Shown here piece by piece: positions 28,104 to 38,555 of a stretch of 64,000 nt of DNA (the first letter of the stretch is position 1; the number at the start of each line of letters is the position of its first letter). The notes under the pieces were generated by a model that saw only the letters and a program-made list of their open reading frames with translations, did not search any database and was not told the origin of the DNA. This DNA comes from an uncultured Spirochaetota bacterium (lineage in GTDB: Bacteria > Spirochaetota > Brevinematia > Brevinematales > JAOACQ01): positions 320,001-384,000 of the forward strand of contig CAVYGN010000001.1 in the NCBI GenBank assembly GCA_963768055.1, read 5' to 3'. A program made the position numbers and the translations under genes.

Positions 28104-30566
28104 TCATTTTAAATCAAAATTGTTTGATCTTATATATTGTGCAATTGCATTTCCGGTTATTCTGCTTTTATTCGAATCGAACCCCGATTTTAAAAGTCCT
28201 GTTGAATCGAGCCCTGATCGGATCAGATCAAATGAGCTTACTTCAGAGTTGTAGCTTATTGCGTGCCATTCTCTTTTTGCTTGTTCTGTAATATTTTTTG
28301 ATCCATATATAGCCGAATCAACGGTTTTCATTATTTCCTTATCACTTGAAGACATGTTTATTCCTGATTTATTCCAATCAATATTCTTTACTACATTGAA
28401 TAATTCCCCTGACAACTTATCCAGGTTCTGAGAATACGAATAGTGATCCCCGGAAGAAAAACTTTCATTTAGTCCGGAATTTAACAATTTATTTTGAATG
28501 CTCAAACCGAAATTCGAGGTAAAACCATCTGTGTAATCCTGATATGGTTGATATTTTTGCGCAGCAAAATCGGTTATCAGACGCCGCCAGCCATCTAATT
28601 TTGTCATACCATTATCATTGAGCATTTTATCTACAGATCCTTCGCTAACCGTTTTTACAACATCGGTGTTGCCTCTGTAACCACTCAGCTCAGTTTGACC
28701 GTTCAAAATACCCCTGTTCAGAATTGAACCTTCTTGCATCAATCTCATGTATTCCGGCCTGTTTTCGATGCCTCGAAGATAATCAGCTGCTTGTATCCTT
28801 TCCGTATTATTATTTTTAATAATCCAGCGGCCTTTTTCATCCATCATGAAGCCGTTTGCTGATAATTCATCCTTTTCGGTTTTTTTCAAGCCTCTTTGAT
28901 CATGATTCAGCGCTGTTAAAAAATCATGTGCTTTGTTCATTGAGAAACCCATTAATGACATATCTCCAAAGTTCTTTGAAAATCCCGATTGCGTCATAGA
29001 GGCCAGAGTCCCATAAGCTCTGTTCCCGAAAGACATATTATCAGTCAACACAGACGCGGTGTTAGCGGTTACAGACCCTGTGGATTCCTGGAACAGCTGT
29101 TCCCCGATCACATTCAGAGTCCTTGAACCCAGGCCGAATAAAGCGGCCATTGCTCCGCCGTAAACTATCGTCGTAACCCAGGGCATTACATTGTAAGTAT
29201 TTAATATTCCCGCCTGGGCCCTCTGGCTGAGGCCCGCTGCCGCACCGGCGAGGTTCATTGCAAAAACACCGTCCGTATATACGTCAGACGCGCATTCCAG
29301 GAAGTAACTTAAAGGCCCCGCGAATGACAATACAAAAAACGACACGAAATAAGACTTTACCACTCCTAACATATTCGGGAAAAACGATGCTATGAATATT
29401 GCCGGGAATATGAATATGAATAATAAAATGACGACATTGATAATCCCGCCTACTATCAATTTTAAAGTCGCCGCTTTTACGGCTGCCCCGGTTGATGATT
29501 CGATACTTGATTCAGTAAAGTCGAACATGCTGCGTGCGCCGTACAATCCGGATATTTTGTCCGAGTTAAGGTTAAATACTGTGGAAGTAAGCATATCTTT
29601 AAATGAAGAAATCTGGTTTATATCCGAATTGCTGTAACTAATTGCCTCAGCGATAATGTTTTTGTAATCCTCAGTGGTTAAAAAGTCCGGGTAGCTTGTA
29701 GAAAGATTGGATATCTGGCTGTCATAATATGTTGAAAGGTCTGATTTTAATTGATTATAGAAAGCTCCCTTTGATAACCATGTATGTATTTTATTAAGCC
29801 TGATGTCGTCATTAAACTGTGATATGTTTATTACATAAGATTGCATCCCTCTTTTCGGGTCGTAATCCTGAACCAAAATGTTGCTTTCCTGGGAATGGTC
29901 AGTCAGGCCCGGAACTCCGTTGTCATTCAAATAGTACATTTCCTGCAGGGCTTTTGACATATCGTTGTTAGCCAGGAAGCTGATATCGTTATTTCCGAGA
30001 TTGGAATGGAGATCGGGGAGCGCTATGTTTTTTAAAAACGAGGTGTAGCGCAGGGCCAGGTCCCCGTTATGGATATTTCCGCTGAGCAAGTCGCTGTATT
30101 CATCTACTTTATCAAAGAACTTGCCTCTCGCTCCGTCGTCGCTCATATTCCTCGCTGTATAAAACACCTTATCGATCACTATTTTCATGTTATAATCAAG
30201 GTCGTAGATAACTTTTAACATAAGCGCAGGGGCGAAAGGCATATTTTTTACATATATAGATGAAGCACCTGCTTCGGTAGTCAGATCGATAGGATTATAT
30301 TTAATTATCTGCACGTTGACTGTTTTCGAGAATAATAATATATATAAACCGATTATAGCAGCATAATTTCCTACCTTTACACGCTTGAAATCGCCATAAT
30401 TAAGAAGTATTTCACCGAAAAAAAACACCATTGTTATAAGAACAAGAGTATCTGTCATGCCATTATTCGTAAGAGCGGTCATAATATTCGAAGCCGCCTG
30501 TAAAACCGTCTGGTAAGTAGACAGATCCCCGTTATTCATGAATATGGAAATATCTCCATTTCCCAT
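28104..30566 (-). CDS. traG: TraG-like (F-type, VirB6-related) membrane protein
   Basis: 820 aa; N-terminal TMs, soluble region, second TM cluster around aa 365-480, soluble tail; last gene of the tra cluster. Confidence 0.65.
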   Translation of the reverse strand: MGNGDISIFMNNGDLSTYQTVLQAASNIMTALTNNGMTDTLVLITMVFFFGEILLNYGDFKRVKVGNYAAIIGLYILLFSKTVNVQIIKYNPIDLTTEAGASSIYVKNMPFAPALMLKVIYDLDYNMKIVIDKVFYTARNMSDDGARGKFFDKVDEYSDLLSGNIHNGDLALRYTSFLKNIALPDLHSNLGNNDISFLANNDMSKALQEMYYLNDNGVPGLTDHSQESNILVQDYDPKRGMQSYVINISQFNDDIRLNKIHTWLSKGAFYNQLKSDLSTYYDSQISNLSTSYPDFLTTEDYKNIIAEAISYSNSDINQISSFKDMLTSTVFNLNSDKISGLYGARSMFDFTESSIESSTGAAVKAATLKLIVGGIINVVILLFIFIFPAIFIASFFPNMLGVVKSYFVSFFVLSFAGPLSYFLECASDVYTDGVFAMNLAGAAAGLSQRAQAGILNTYNVMPWVTTIVYGGAMAALFGLGSRTLNVIGEQLFQESTGSVTANTASVLTDNMSFGNRAYGTLASMTQSGFSKNFGDMSLMGFSMNKAHDFLTALNHDQRGLKKTEKDELSANGFMMDEKGRWIIKNNNTERIQAADYLRGIENRPEYMRLMQEGSILNRGILNGQTELSGYRGNTDVVKTVSEGSVDKMLNDNGMTKLDGWRRLITDFAAQKYQPYQDYTDGFTSNFGLSIQNKLLNSGLNESFSSGDHYSYSQNLDKLSGELFNVVKNIDWNKSGINMSSSDKEIMKTVDSAIYGSKNITEQAKREWHAISYNSEVSSFDLIRSGLDSTGLLKSGFDSNKSRITGNAIAQYIRSNNFDLK

Positions 30567-30576
30567 GTTAAGACCT

Positions 30577-31407
30577 TCACCTGGTAAAATTTACTTTTCT
30601 GAATGCCAATGATCCGGTTACATAGATCTTGTATAGTTTCATCAAGGAACTTTCTATCTTGTCAGCGTAATCTTTTCCCTCATAAAGATTGAGTACCGAT
30701 CCATCCTTTATGACAAATCCGACGCAAGCGGGCCATTTACCGATACCGAATTCCGAGGCTATCCTTCCATCATTGTCAATGATTATGTCAGATACCTTGT
30801 TTAATACCTCATCCCGGATGTCTGTCTTTTCCGAGAATGAAGGGACAATAACAAATATTTTGAATCCATTATAGGAAAAATAACCGATGAGTTCTTCCGC
30901 GAACCTGGATAATTCCGACCTTCCTGCCTCACTATAAGACAGGAAAAAACCGAGTCTTACATTCCTTTTTATTTCTTCCAGGTCTTTAAACCTCGCCGGA
31001 TCTATATACCCGGACTCTTCCTTAATTTTATTATAAGCTTCTTTAAGTGTTTCTTCCGCTGCAAGCCTTCTATGGGCTATTTCGGCGGTGTACAATAAAT
31101 AATTCTCGGCGTCTTCAATCGAGGTAGGATTTACGGCTAATGATTCTTTAAGGTTTTTGTAAGCATCCCTTAGTTCCATTGCTGACATGCTTTTAATCTT
31201 GTCAATAATCTTCGATCTTTCATTAGGCAGTTCGGTATTCGTTTTTTCTTCTATCAGGTCGACAGTTTTATTGGCCCCTGTAAGGTAGAATCCCATTCTC
31301 GGGTCTTTTTGATAAAAACCAGTCCCTGAATTAACTGTATAGAAACCTGCGTAAGAATACACTATGGATAATATAAATGGGGTGATGGTCATAATTATTC
31401 TTTTCAT
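30577..31407 (-). CDS. traF: TraF-like thioredoxin-fold protein
   Basis: Signal peptide, LAVNPTSIEDAENYL helix typical of TraF, ASEFGIGKWPA thioredoxin-like end; no CxxC. Confidence 0.6.
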   Translation of the reverse strand: MKRIIMTITPFILSIVYSYAGFYTVNSGTGFYQKDPRMGFYLTGANKTVDLIEEKTNTELPNERSKIIDKIKSMSAMELRDAYKNLKESLAVNPTSIEDAENYLLYTAEIAHRRLAAEETLKEAYNKIKEESGYIDPARFKDLEEIKRNVRLGFFLSYSEAGRSELSRFAEELIGYFSYNGFKIFVIVPSFSEKTDIRDEVLNKVSDIIIDNDGRIASEFGIGKWPACVGFVIKDGSVLNLYEGKDYADKIESSLMKLYKIYVTGSLAFRKVNFTR

Positions 31408-31424
31408 AAATATCCTCTCAAATT

Positions 31425-32597
31425 TTATTTTATAGGTATGACGTCAATATTAAAGTCATGCATGGCTGTTCTTAATTCCTTGCATACGTTTTCGGCAGTT
31501 GTTCTATCTCCCGTCTGTGTCAATATTTTTGAAACAAGGTCTATGGTCACTATAGTATTCATGATCACGTCATGATATACACCGTACATAAAATCCCGTG
31601 TTATTTCATCAAATTCTTTGCCATGTCCTGAATAGTTCTTTTTCCATTGTTCTATCCTGTCATCGATCCCGTAGCGGACTATTACGTCGGAATATGTATT
31701 GATAAAGTTCTTAACCGGGGTTTCCAGGGTCTTCCCAAGGGCTTTATCATAGCAATATTGCTGGAACATGCTTTTCGTATCGTACATTGAAGCAAGCAAA
31801 CCGCCTTTTGTTTTCACATTATAATTTCTATCCAATGTAACCTGGTAAATGGTTACAAGATTCGACACTATCATATATCTGAAACCTTGATATTCATTAT
31901 TAGGGTCCATGAATATATTTGTTGAATTGTTCGTTTTCATTAAATTTATTAAATTGATCGCGTCATCGGAATAGTTGTTTACTATCTTCCCTTTTATTGC
32001 ACTATTTACATTGGATTCCCAATTCTTGAGATTTTCTTCCGAGCTTGAATAGAATATGTTGCCCGTCCAATCAAAGTTTGTATTTGACGGGGTACTTCCG
32101 TTATCCATCATGTATTTTGCAAGCTCATACCTGTGGTTTTGTATAGTTGTGAACAGGTTATCGTACCCCTGAGCTAAATTCATGTATTGGTCGATTTGCT
32201 GTAATATTTCGTCGCAATGATAATATTCCATAACTACTGCCAGAAATGCGGATATTGCCATATCAACATTATCAGGCGAGAATAACCATGAAATATGGTC
32301 ATAAACTTTATAAAACATATCTCCGGAACTGTTTATTGTCAGGTCGCCCTGCCAGTCTATGCCGTATGGTCCGAATTGCGGTATAATGGATTCTGCGGGC
32401 GGCATTGTAAAAGGCTGCCCTATCTGCTGGTCTATCCTTTTTGAAAATTGTATTCCGCCGTTATTCGTGCTTATTGAATTTTTCCATTCATTAGCCCAAT
32501 TTTGCCATTCGCCTTCAAACATTGTAACTGCGTCATAAGCAAATGATAATTGTATCGATGAAATGTTTATAACCATCATTATATATAAAAATTTCAT
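31425..32597 (-). CDS. Divergent TraH-like exported protein
   Basis: Signal peptide; size and position; PQFGPYGIDWQG weakly resembles the TraH GCGGID motif. Confidence 0.45.
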   Translation of the reverse strand: MKFLYIMMVINISSIQLSFAYDAVTMFEGEWQNWANEWKNSISTNNGGIQFSKRIDQQIGQPFTMPPAESIIPQFGPYGIDWQGDLTINSSGDMFYKVYDHISWLFSPDNVDMAISAFLAVVMEYYHCDEILQQIDQYMNLAQGYDNLFTTIQNHRYELAKYMMDNGSTPSNTNFDWTGNIFYSSSEENLKNWESNVNSAIKGKIVNNYSDDAINLINLMKTNNSTNIFMDPNNEYQGFRYMIVSNLVTIYQVTLDRNYNVKTKGGLLASMYDTKSMFQQYCYDKALGKTLETPVKNFINTYSDVIVRYGIDDRIEQWKKNYSGHGKEFDEITRDFMYGVYHDVIMNTIVTIDLVSKILTQTGDRTTAENVCKELRTAMHDFNIDVIPIK

Positions 32598-32601
32598 ATT
32601 A

Positions 32602-35124
32602 TTATCTCCGTTCTTCTTTTTCCAGGGCTATTTTTTCTATTGCTTCCGACAGGCTAAGCCCGTCCTTTTCAAGTTCTTTCACCCGCATAACCTCTTTCGC
32701 TTCCGATCCGAAAAGAGCTTTTTCAAACGGAGAGGCAATATGCCTTAAAAGCGTATTCCCGTGAGGAGTCATAAGCATAAATTCCGAGTATGAGCCTTTC
32801 ACTCCGCCTATGCTTCTGAATAATTTTTCTGTAGCCTCATTGGACAAGTTCAGCTTGTGTTCGTTTTTAAGCCTGTCGATCGATGCGGGTTTCTGCTGGA
32901 ATACTACCTGGTAAGAAGCAGTGTCAGCGAGGACCTTTGAATGTTCATTGCAATGAACGTCTTCCAGGGATTGAGTTCCTATAACTATCGAAGCGTAGCA
33001 TTTCCGGTATTGTCTGAAATCCTTTGATATCATTGGAGAAAGGTAAGGGTTGTCCTTGACATTATGGTATTCGTCGTAAGCTATGAATTTTTTCCTGTTA
33101 TAATGCTTTTTCGAATATACGATACTTGATATCTTTGAAAAAATAACCATGTATTCAAAAGTCAGCAGGGTTTCACCTATTTCTTTAACTGGAGGGAGTG
33201 CTATTGCGGTAAGATTGTTATCAAGGGAAAACTGCTTTTTTGAGGGGTTGCAAAGAGCGCCATATATCCCTTTCATTGAATAATTGAATAGCCTGTCCGC
33301 AAGGTTCGGATGTTTTTCTTTCTTTAACTCCGACATTACTTTCTCAACTGTTCCTTCAGAGCCATATTTTTCTGCCACCATTCTTATCGAACTTGACAGA
33401 TATCCAATCAAATCCTCGCCAAGTTTCTCTTTCGGGCTGGCCATAAACTGGAATATGTTTGTGAAATTGAGAAGTTCCTCCGGGCTGATGAACTTTCCTT
33501 CAAGGTTTAAGAATGGGTTAAATGAAATATCGTTATCTTTGTTATTGAAATCCACATATCGGCCGCCAAGAAGCTTTGTCGAGTTCTCATATGAATGCCC
33601 TACCTCGGTAATAACAATTATTGCGTCTTCAGCCAGGTAATTAGCCGCTATGGTCTGGATCAAAAAGGATTTTCCTGTTCCTGGAGGGCCGAATATTAAC
33701 ATCGCGTAATCGGGCGAATCCTCATCGAATATATCGAATAAATATAATTGGGACCTGCGGGTTATGAAAAATAAAGACGGCTTATATGTATTTCCCTTGA
33801 TATCACCGTAATAGGGCGCGATCGATGCGCAATTCCAGGCTGAAAAATGACGCTTCCTATCAAAAAAATCAAGGTTTTGAATATTAAAATTAAGAGGAAG
33901 CGAGTTAAGAAATATCGGGCATTTTATTAATGTTTCCTTTTGTGAAAGGTAACCCGCTCCCTCTATCTGCGAAGTAAGCTTTCTTGAAGAGTCGTTAATA
34001 TCATAGTGTTTTGAATTATTCCTTACCGCCATAAATGAAAGATATCCCTCATGAATATGGTTTCCATCATTGATATCTTTCTCCATTTTTTCAAGTTCGT
34101 TAACCTTCTCCCTTGCGTTCTTGAGTCTTTTCATTACATTGTATGTCGCCTTCTTTTTTTGTATCGTTTCCTTTAATGTCTCCTGCGACAATACCCTGAG
34201 ATTAAAGCATGATACGGTATTGGCGGGAACCTGGTTCCTGTCGGAAATATGGCTCCCAAGAAGGTTCGACGTTCCATATGGATAGATCGAAGAAGGATAA
34301 TTTTTTATTGTTGTTACCGATATTTCCGTTCCATTTGTTTTGATATACTTAGGGTTACTTAAATCAATATACATTTCGGAATCGAGCAGCTGCTCGGCTA
34401 TGAATTCGTCAGGATTGATCTTTGAATATCCGTCCCGGCCGAATAATCTGTCGAAATACCATTTAAGGTTATCGGGTGTGAAATCCGTGCATGGCGTCCC
34501 GGCTTGGATAAATAGATTGGTACATTCTTTCAAAATCCTTAAAACTCTTATTCTTTCATAATTAAAATCATTCTCAATTTCGGACTTTTCTAAACGGCCT
34601 GCTATAGCATTAAATAAATTCTTAAATCCCTCAGGGCTTATAATGCTTTTAATATATGAAACCCCGGTTCGGAATGTGAATAAGACCCTGAAATCCTTCG
34701 GGGTGTAGGTATCCGGGAATCCTCCCCTATATCCCGAATCTTTTGCTTTAAATATAGAATGAGCATTATCCATACAGTATTTTTTTAAAAGTTCGAAATT
34801 CGTCTTTTTCTTTGATATATATGTGCTGAGGTAAGGATCTATGAAATCAGTAGCAAAATTTATTACCTGGATCGAATCGTTCTCTTTTAAAAGGTCGATA
34901 GAGAATATATCTTTCAAAGCTTTTAGCCCGGCCTCGTCAATTCCAAGAATAGGGTAAATTTCAAGTATAAATCCGATCGATCCGTCTTTCATGTGGTAGA
35001 TCCGGTCGGTTTCATCATAATACAAATAGTCGATGAATTCGGAAGTTTTAATCCTTCCTCCGCCGCATAACAGTTCCCATAATGTATAATCAGGTCCATT
35101 ATAATGGACCTTTGATTGATTCAT
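32602..35124 (-). CDS. traC: TraC/VirB4 ATPase
   Basis: 840 aa; Walker A GPPGTGKS, Walker B FIAYDEYH, R.YRK..ASIVIGTQS.ED, KGSYSEF. Confidence 0.92.
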   Translation of the reverse strand: MNQSKVHYNGPDYTLWELLCGGGRIKTSEFIDYLYYDETDRIYHMKDGSIGFILEIYPILGIDEAGLKALKDIFSIDLLKENDSIQVINFATDFIDPYLSTYISKKKTNFELLKKYCMDNAHSIFKAKDSGYRGGFPDTYTPKDFRVLFTFRTGVSYIKSIISPEGFKNLFNAIAGRLEKSEIENDFNYERIRVLRILKECTNLFIQAGTPCTDFTPDNLKWYFDRLFGRDGYSKINPDEFIAEQLLDSEMYIDLSNPKYIKTNGTEISVTTIKNYPSSIYPYGTSNLLGSHISDRNQVPANTVSCFNLRVLSQETLKETIQKKKATYNVMKRLKNAREKVNELEKMEKDINDGNHIHEGYLSFMAVRNNSKHYDINDSSRKLTSQIEGAGYLSQKETLIKCPIFLNSLPLNFNIQNLDFFDRKRHFSAWNCASIAPYYGDIKGNTYKPSLFFITRRSQLYLFDIFDEDSPDYAMLIFGPPGTGKSFLIQTIAANYLAEDAIIVITEVGHSYENSTKLLGGRYVDFNNKDNDISFNPFLNLEGKFISPEELLNFTNIFQFMASPKEKLGEDLIGYLSSSIRMVAEKYGSEGTVEKVMSELKKEKHPNLADRLFNYSMKGIYGALCNPSKKQFSLDNNLTAIALPPVKEIGETLLTFEYMVIFSKISSIVYSKKHYNRKKFIAYDEYHNVKDNPYLSPMISKDFRQYRKCYASIVIGTQSLEDVHCNEHSKVLADTASYQVVFQQKPASIDRLKNEHKLNLSNEATEKLFRSIGGVKGSYSEFMLMTPHGNTLLRHIASPFEKALFGSEAKEVMRVKELEKDGLSLSEAIEKIALEKEERR

Positions 35125-35128
35125 TTTT

Positions 35129-35479
35129 TTACTCCATCCAATCGGCCCGTTTTAATACCATCATAATATCTGTCCTGGGAACTCTTATAAGGTCGCCTTG
35201 TTTCTTAGGCATGATAACAATCCTTTTGATGATCTCATTTCTTCTCAGCGGAACTATAAGGGTATCGTCATACTGTATTGTATACCCCTGTCCTGCGGTA
35301 AAATATTGCTGGTTTTTATCGGTATTTTCATATTCCTTTCCAGTAAAAGGATCTCCGGAACGCAAATACACTCCATGATACAATGACATTGTATTGTACG
35401 ATGTCGGTATCCTATTCTGGGTCATTGAAATGCATGATGACAGCATTGCTGCAACCATCAGTAATAGAAAATATTTCAT
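35129..35479 (-). CDS. traV: TraV-like (VirB7) lipoprotein
   Basis: Lipobox LSSC; VPLRRNE.IKRIVIMP...GDL resembles the TraV C-terminus; lies between traB and traC. Confidence 0.65.
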   Translation of the reverse strand: MKYFLLLMVAAMLSSCISMTQNRIPTSYNTMSLYHGVYLRSGDPFTGKEYENTDKNQQYFTAGQGYTIQYDDTLIVPLRRNEIIKRIVIMPKKQGDLIRVPRTDIMMVLKRADWME

Positions 35480-35499
35480 ATTTACCTTCCTAAACCCAT

Positions 35500-36186
35500 T
35501 TATTTTTCAACAAAATCTTTTGTAAAGAACTCTACAGGCGAAAGCCATGTAACCTCAATTTGCTTCGAATTGATTACAACTAATTCGGGAAGCGTTTCCG
35601 CGGCCATCTTGAGATAAAATGATGATATTTGCGCGAAACTGCTTGAACCTGCCTCCTCAATGACTGTGCCGGCATTGTAATTAGTATTATTACCAGTCCC
35701 GCCGATAGTTAGATTCCCTTTTTGAAGCCATACGGCTAATGATTCCATCGCCGATGCTATGGCGGCCATGGCCACCTGTTCTTCTTCATGGCTTATTATC
35801 GCATCGGCCACAATACCCTCCATACCCTTATAACTAACGAATCCATTTATATCTATATAGCGGGGTGTATTGTTATAATCATAATAGGACATCCCAGTAC
35901 ATTTGATCATGATCTTGCGGCCTGTAAAATCCCCAACTGCCCACCCGGTTACTACTACTCCGTCGACATTAATTTTTCTTTTGTTGGGGGCCTCAGCATA
36001 ACCTTTTAATTGGATCAATATCGGACGAGTCCCTGACGGCGCCCCTTCCATCGGCGCTGTCGCTGATATGAGAAGTATTCCACTCGCTGTAGTTCCGGGG
36101 AGGATTGTAGTTTTGACAGCTTTTTCATCTGTGAATATATATTTGTTAATAAGCAGAAGGAGTATTAAGGGTATCGTTTTTTTCAT
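35500..36186 (-). CDS. traB: TraB/VirB10 C-terminal domain encoded as a separate exported protein
   Basis: PGT...G.LL, AVGDF..RK, I.GFV...GMEGI, hydrophobic antenna helices, FYLKMA.ETLP; own GGGAG RBS and signal-like N-terminus. Confidence 0.8.
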   Translation of the reverse strand: MKKTIPLILLLLINKYIFTDEKAVKTTILPGTTASGILLISATAPMEGAPSGTRPILIQLKGYAEAPNKRKINVDGVVVTGWAVGDFTGRKIMIKCTGMSYYDYNNTPRYIDINGFVSYKGMEGIVADAIISHEEEQVAMAAIASAMESLAVWLQKGNLTIGGTGNNTNYNAGTVIEEAGSSSFAQISSFYLKMAAETLPELVVINSKQIEVTWLSPVEFFTKDFVEK

Positions 36187-36544
36187 TTTTATTCTCCCGT
36201 TTATCTTTAATGATTGTTACTTTCGGCGGCAGTTTTTCAAGGGTTTGCAGCTGCCGGGATAATGTTTCATTAGTTTTTTCCTGGCATTCGATTTCACTCT
36301 GGAGGTTGGAATTATTTATTTCCATTCTCTTTTTTATATCGTTATGATAGGCGTTTTGTTCTTCGAGTAGCAGGTCCGTGTTATAATTCGAGAATTTTAT
36401 TGTATTTCCTGTTATATTTTCCTTGCGATGACTGCCCTTGACAATTCCCCATAATAATGCGATTATAAGAACTGTTGCAGAGAATATTACTTGTATTCGC
36501 TTTTGTGATAATGCATTATGCGGGGTTTTTGGTTTTTCAATCAT
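36146..36544 (-). CDS. TraB N-terminal-like protein (single TM plus coiled coil)
   Basis: Probable start MIEKPK; TM segment then coiled coil; lies between traK and the VirB10 domain. Confidence 0.6.
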   Translation of the reverse strand: MIEKPKTPHNALSQKRIQVIFSATVLIIALLWGIVKGSHRKENITGNTIKFSNYNTDLLLEEQNAYHNDIKKRMEINNSNLQSEIECQEKTNETLSRQLQTLEKLPPKVTIIKDKRENKNEKNDTLNTPSAY

Positions 36545-36563
36545 CTTCTTTACCCATTCTTTT

Positions 36564-37358
36564 TTATTTTTGATAAATAACAAAGAGGCCGGTCTTTCTT
36601 CCTGCAGGTATGAAATATGAATCGATAAAAAAGGCCTCTGACTCTGAATAGCCCTCAAGTCTTTCGACTGAAGTAATGAAAGGAATCAGGTCGTCGTCTT
36701 TTAATTCCATATCAGGTCCGTTATTTCTTATTTCGAATACCCTCCCCGAATAACCGGCTGTCGTCATATCAAGGCATTCTACTATATCCGCAGATTTGAT
36801 TTGTGATATCAGCTTTTCGACTTTTTCTGTAAGGAATCCGGCAATAAGGTTTTCTTTCCCTTCAAGTATTTGATAATACGCGTTATAAATTTCATGGAAC
36901 ATGGATATTTCCTGTTCGGACAGTAATATCAGATCTCCGTTTTCATAGGTTTCTACATATTCTCCTTTCGATGTTTCTTTTTGTAATGAGTTTTCTTTTG
37001 TTATCGTATCTTCTATATTGAAAGCAAAAGTCTTAACGTTTTTCGATGGAATTAACCGGATAGGATAGACGCTGCCGTCGGATAATATAACGGTAATAGG
37101 AGATTCCGCCTTTGCAGACACCTGGAGAAAGTTCTTGTCCTTGGCTGCCCTCATATCATTAGTCGATACACTTGTCCAGATCGTCCTGACAATCTCAGGA
37201 AACTGTATTGTTGTATTCTGGTTATAAGGTATTTCAAGGATAGTTTCTTTTGCCGCTTTAATTGATACAGTCTCCTGGGTTTCAAAGGATTTTCCATAGG
37301 ATAGGACTCTTATATTTATTAAAAATACTACTGATGTTAAAAAAAGAAACTTATTCAT
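36564..37358 (-). CDS. traK: TraK-like (VirB9) protein
   Basis: Signal peptide, Y...L.P motif, C-terminal GRVFEIRNNG...IPAGRKTGLFVI; synteny. Confidence 0.7.
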   Translation of the reverse strand: MNKFLFLTSVVFLINIRVLSYGKSFETQETVSIKAAKETILEIPYNQNTTIQFPEIVRTIWTSVSTNDMRAAKDKNFLQVSAKAESPITVILSDGSVYPIRLIPSKNVKTFAFNIEDTITKENSLQKETSKGEYVETYENGDLILLSEQEISMFHEIYNAYYQILEGKENLIAGFLTEKVEKLISQIKSADIVECLDMTTAGYSGRVFEIRNNGPDMELKDDDLIPFITSVERLEGYSESEAFFIDSYFIPAGRKTGLFVIYQK

Positions 37359-37368
37359 TTCCCCTCCA

Positions 37369-37935
37369 TTAACCCTTTTTAGATTCTTGTATATCAGTGC
37401 TGTCGATATAAATACCGCTTATTGTTCTTTTAAAATGGATGGATATTTTTGTTTCATACTGCGCCGCCAGATTGTCTCCCATGTATGAAACCCTTGTTCC
37501 GAAAAGTGTAACTGAATATTTTGAAGGATCGATTTCGGTATCACCCTTCAATTCGAATTCGCTTCGCATTGAATACTTTAAAATTTTTGTATCGTAAAAA
37601 TTCCTGTATTCTTTGTCGTAATCTGCAGTCCTTTCAGGGGTGATCATCGATTTTATCATATCGAAATGAGATAAATAATTCTTTTCATTATAATTTTGAG
37701 TCTGATAAGCATATATTGTTGCGTAATACCTCATTACTGTTACAGGCATGTCAATGTCCGACAATTCCAGTACCTTATTGCTGATCCCCGGGATAATAAT
37801 AGGTTGTTTTTTTATCGCGGATACAGTAAGAATTAAAATCACGAGAACAGCCATTACAATCCTGTCTTTTGTTATTTGCATCCGGTATTTTGTTATTTCG
37901 TCAACGAGTTTGACCGTAAGGTCATTTCCTGTCAT
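37369..37935 (-). CDS. traE: TraE-like (VirB8) protein
   Basis: 188 aa; N-terminal TM followed by IIIPG, NTF2-like pattern; synteny L-E-K-B. Confidence 0.7.
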   Translation of the reverse strand: MTGNDLTVKLVDEITKYRMQITKDRIVMAVLVILILTVSAIKKQPIIIPGISNKVLELSDIDMPVTVMRYYATIYAYQTQNYNEKNYLSHFDMIKSMITPERTADYDKEYRNFYDTKILKYSMRSEFELKGDTEIDPSKYSVTLFGTRVSYMGDNLAAQYETKISIHFKRTISGIYIDSTDIQESKKG

Positions 37936-37946
37936 TTTAATATCCT

Positions 37947-38249
37947 CTATTCAAAAAGAACGCTATTTATTTTTTCTCCGGGCGGTATAGTTTTCAGGGG
38001 ATTATAGTATCCATAATGATATAATAAATGAATGAAATACCCTTTCGGTTTGTTCATCCTGAAATGCCTGAATATCATAATTGCCGCTATTCCTATAAAA
38101 AAAGGAAGGATATTCATGAATATCCACCCGGCTATCCCGGAAACAAAAGCGATCGCAATATCGGGTATGATAAATCCGTACATTTCTTCCCGCCGGTATA
38201 ACATGCTTATGATTTTAAACCTTTCTTCATTCATAACATAATCATCCAT
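37947..38249 (-). CDS. traL: TraL (VirB3-like)
   Basis: About 100 aa, two TMs, KPKGYFIHLLYHYG motif; TAATG coupling with the pilin gene. Confidence 0.8.
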   Translation of the reverse strand: MDDYVMNEERFKIISMLYRREEMYGFIIPDIAIAFVSGIAGWIFMNILPFFIGIAAIMIFRHFRMNKPKGYFIHLLYHYGYYNPLKTIPPGEKINSVLFE

Positions 38250-38548
38250 TACGATAATAACGCTACAGCCAGGAATGCGCAGATTGCCGTAACGCCTATT
38301 CTTATCCATGAAACCTGGCCGGTCGCTCCCTTCGAAAGCAGCAAAATGATGAACATTATTATAGCTATCACTCCAAGTATACCGCCGATGATAGTTTTAG
38401 CGCTATTGAGAAAAGTCTGGATAGACTGCAAGAAACTCAGGCTCTGGCTGGATAGGTCGCCGTTCGAGGAAGTCTGTGAGAACACATTCCCGTATAATGC
38501 TGCCAATAAGATGGAGGCGGCAGGTTTTCGCATTTTTTTTAAATTCAT
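38249..38548 (-). CDS. Pilin (TraA/VirB2-like)
   Basis: 99 aa; leader peptide plus two hydrophobic helices; immediately upstream of traL. Confidence 0.7.
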   Translation of the reverse strand: MNLKKMRKPAASILLAALYGNVFSQTSSNGDLSSQSLSFLQSIQTFLNSAKTIIGGILGVIAIIMFIILLLSKGATGQVSWIRIGVTAICAFLAVALLS

Positions 38549-38555
38549 ATAATCC

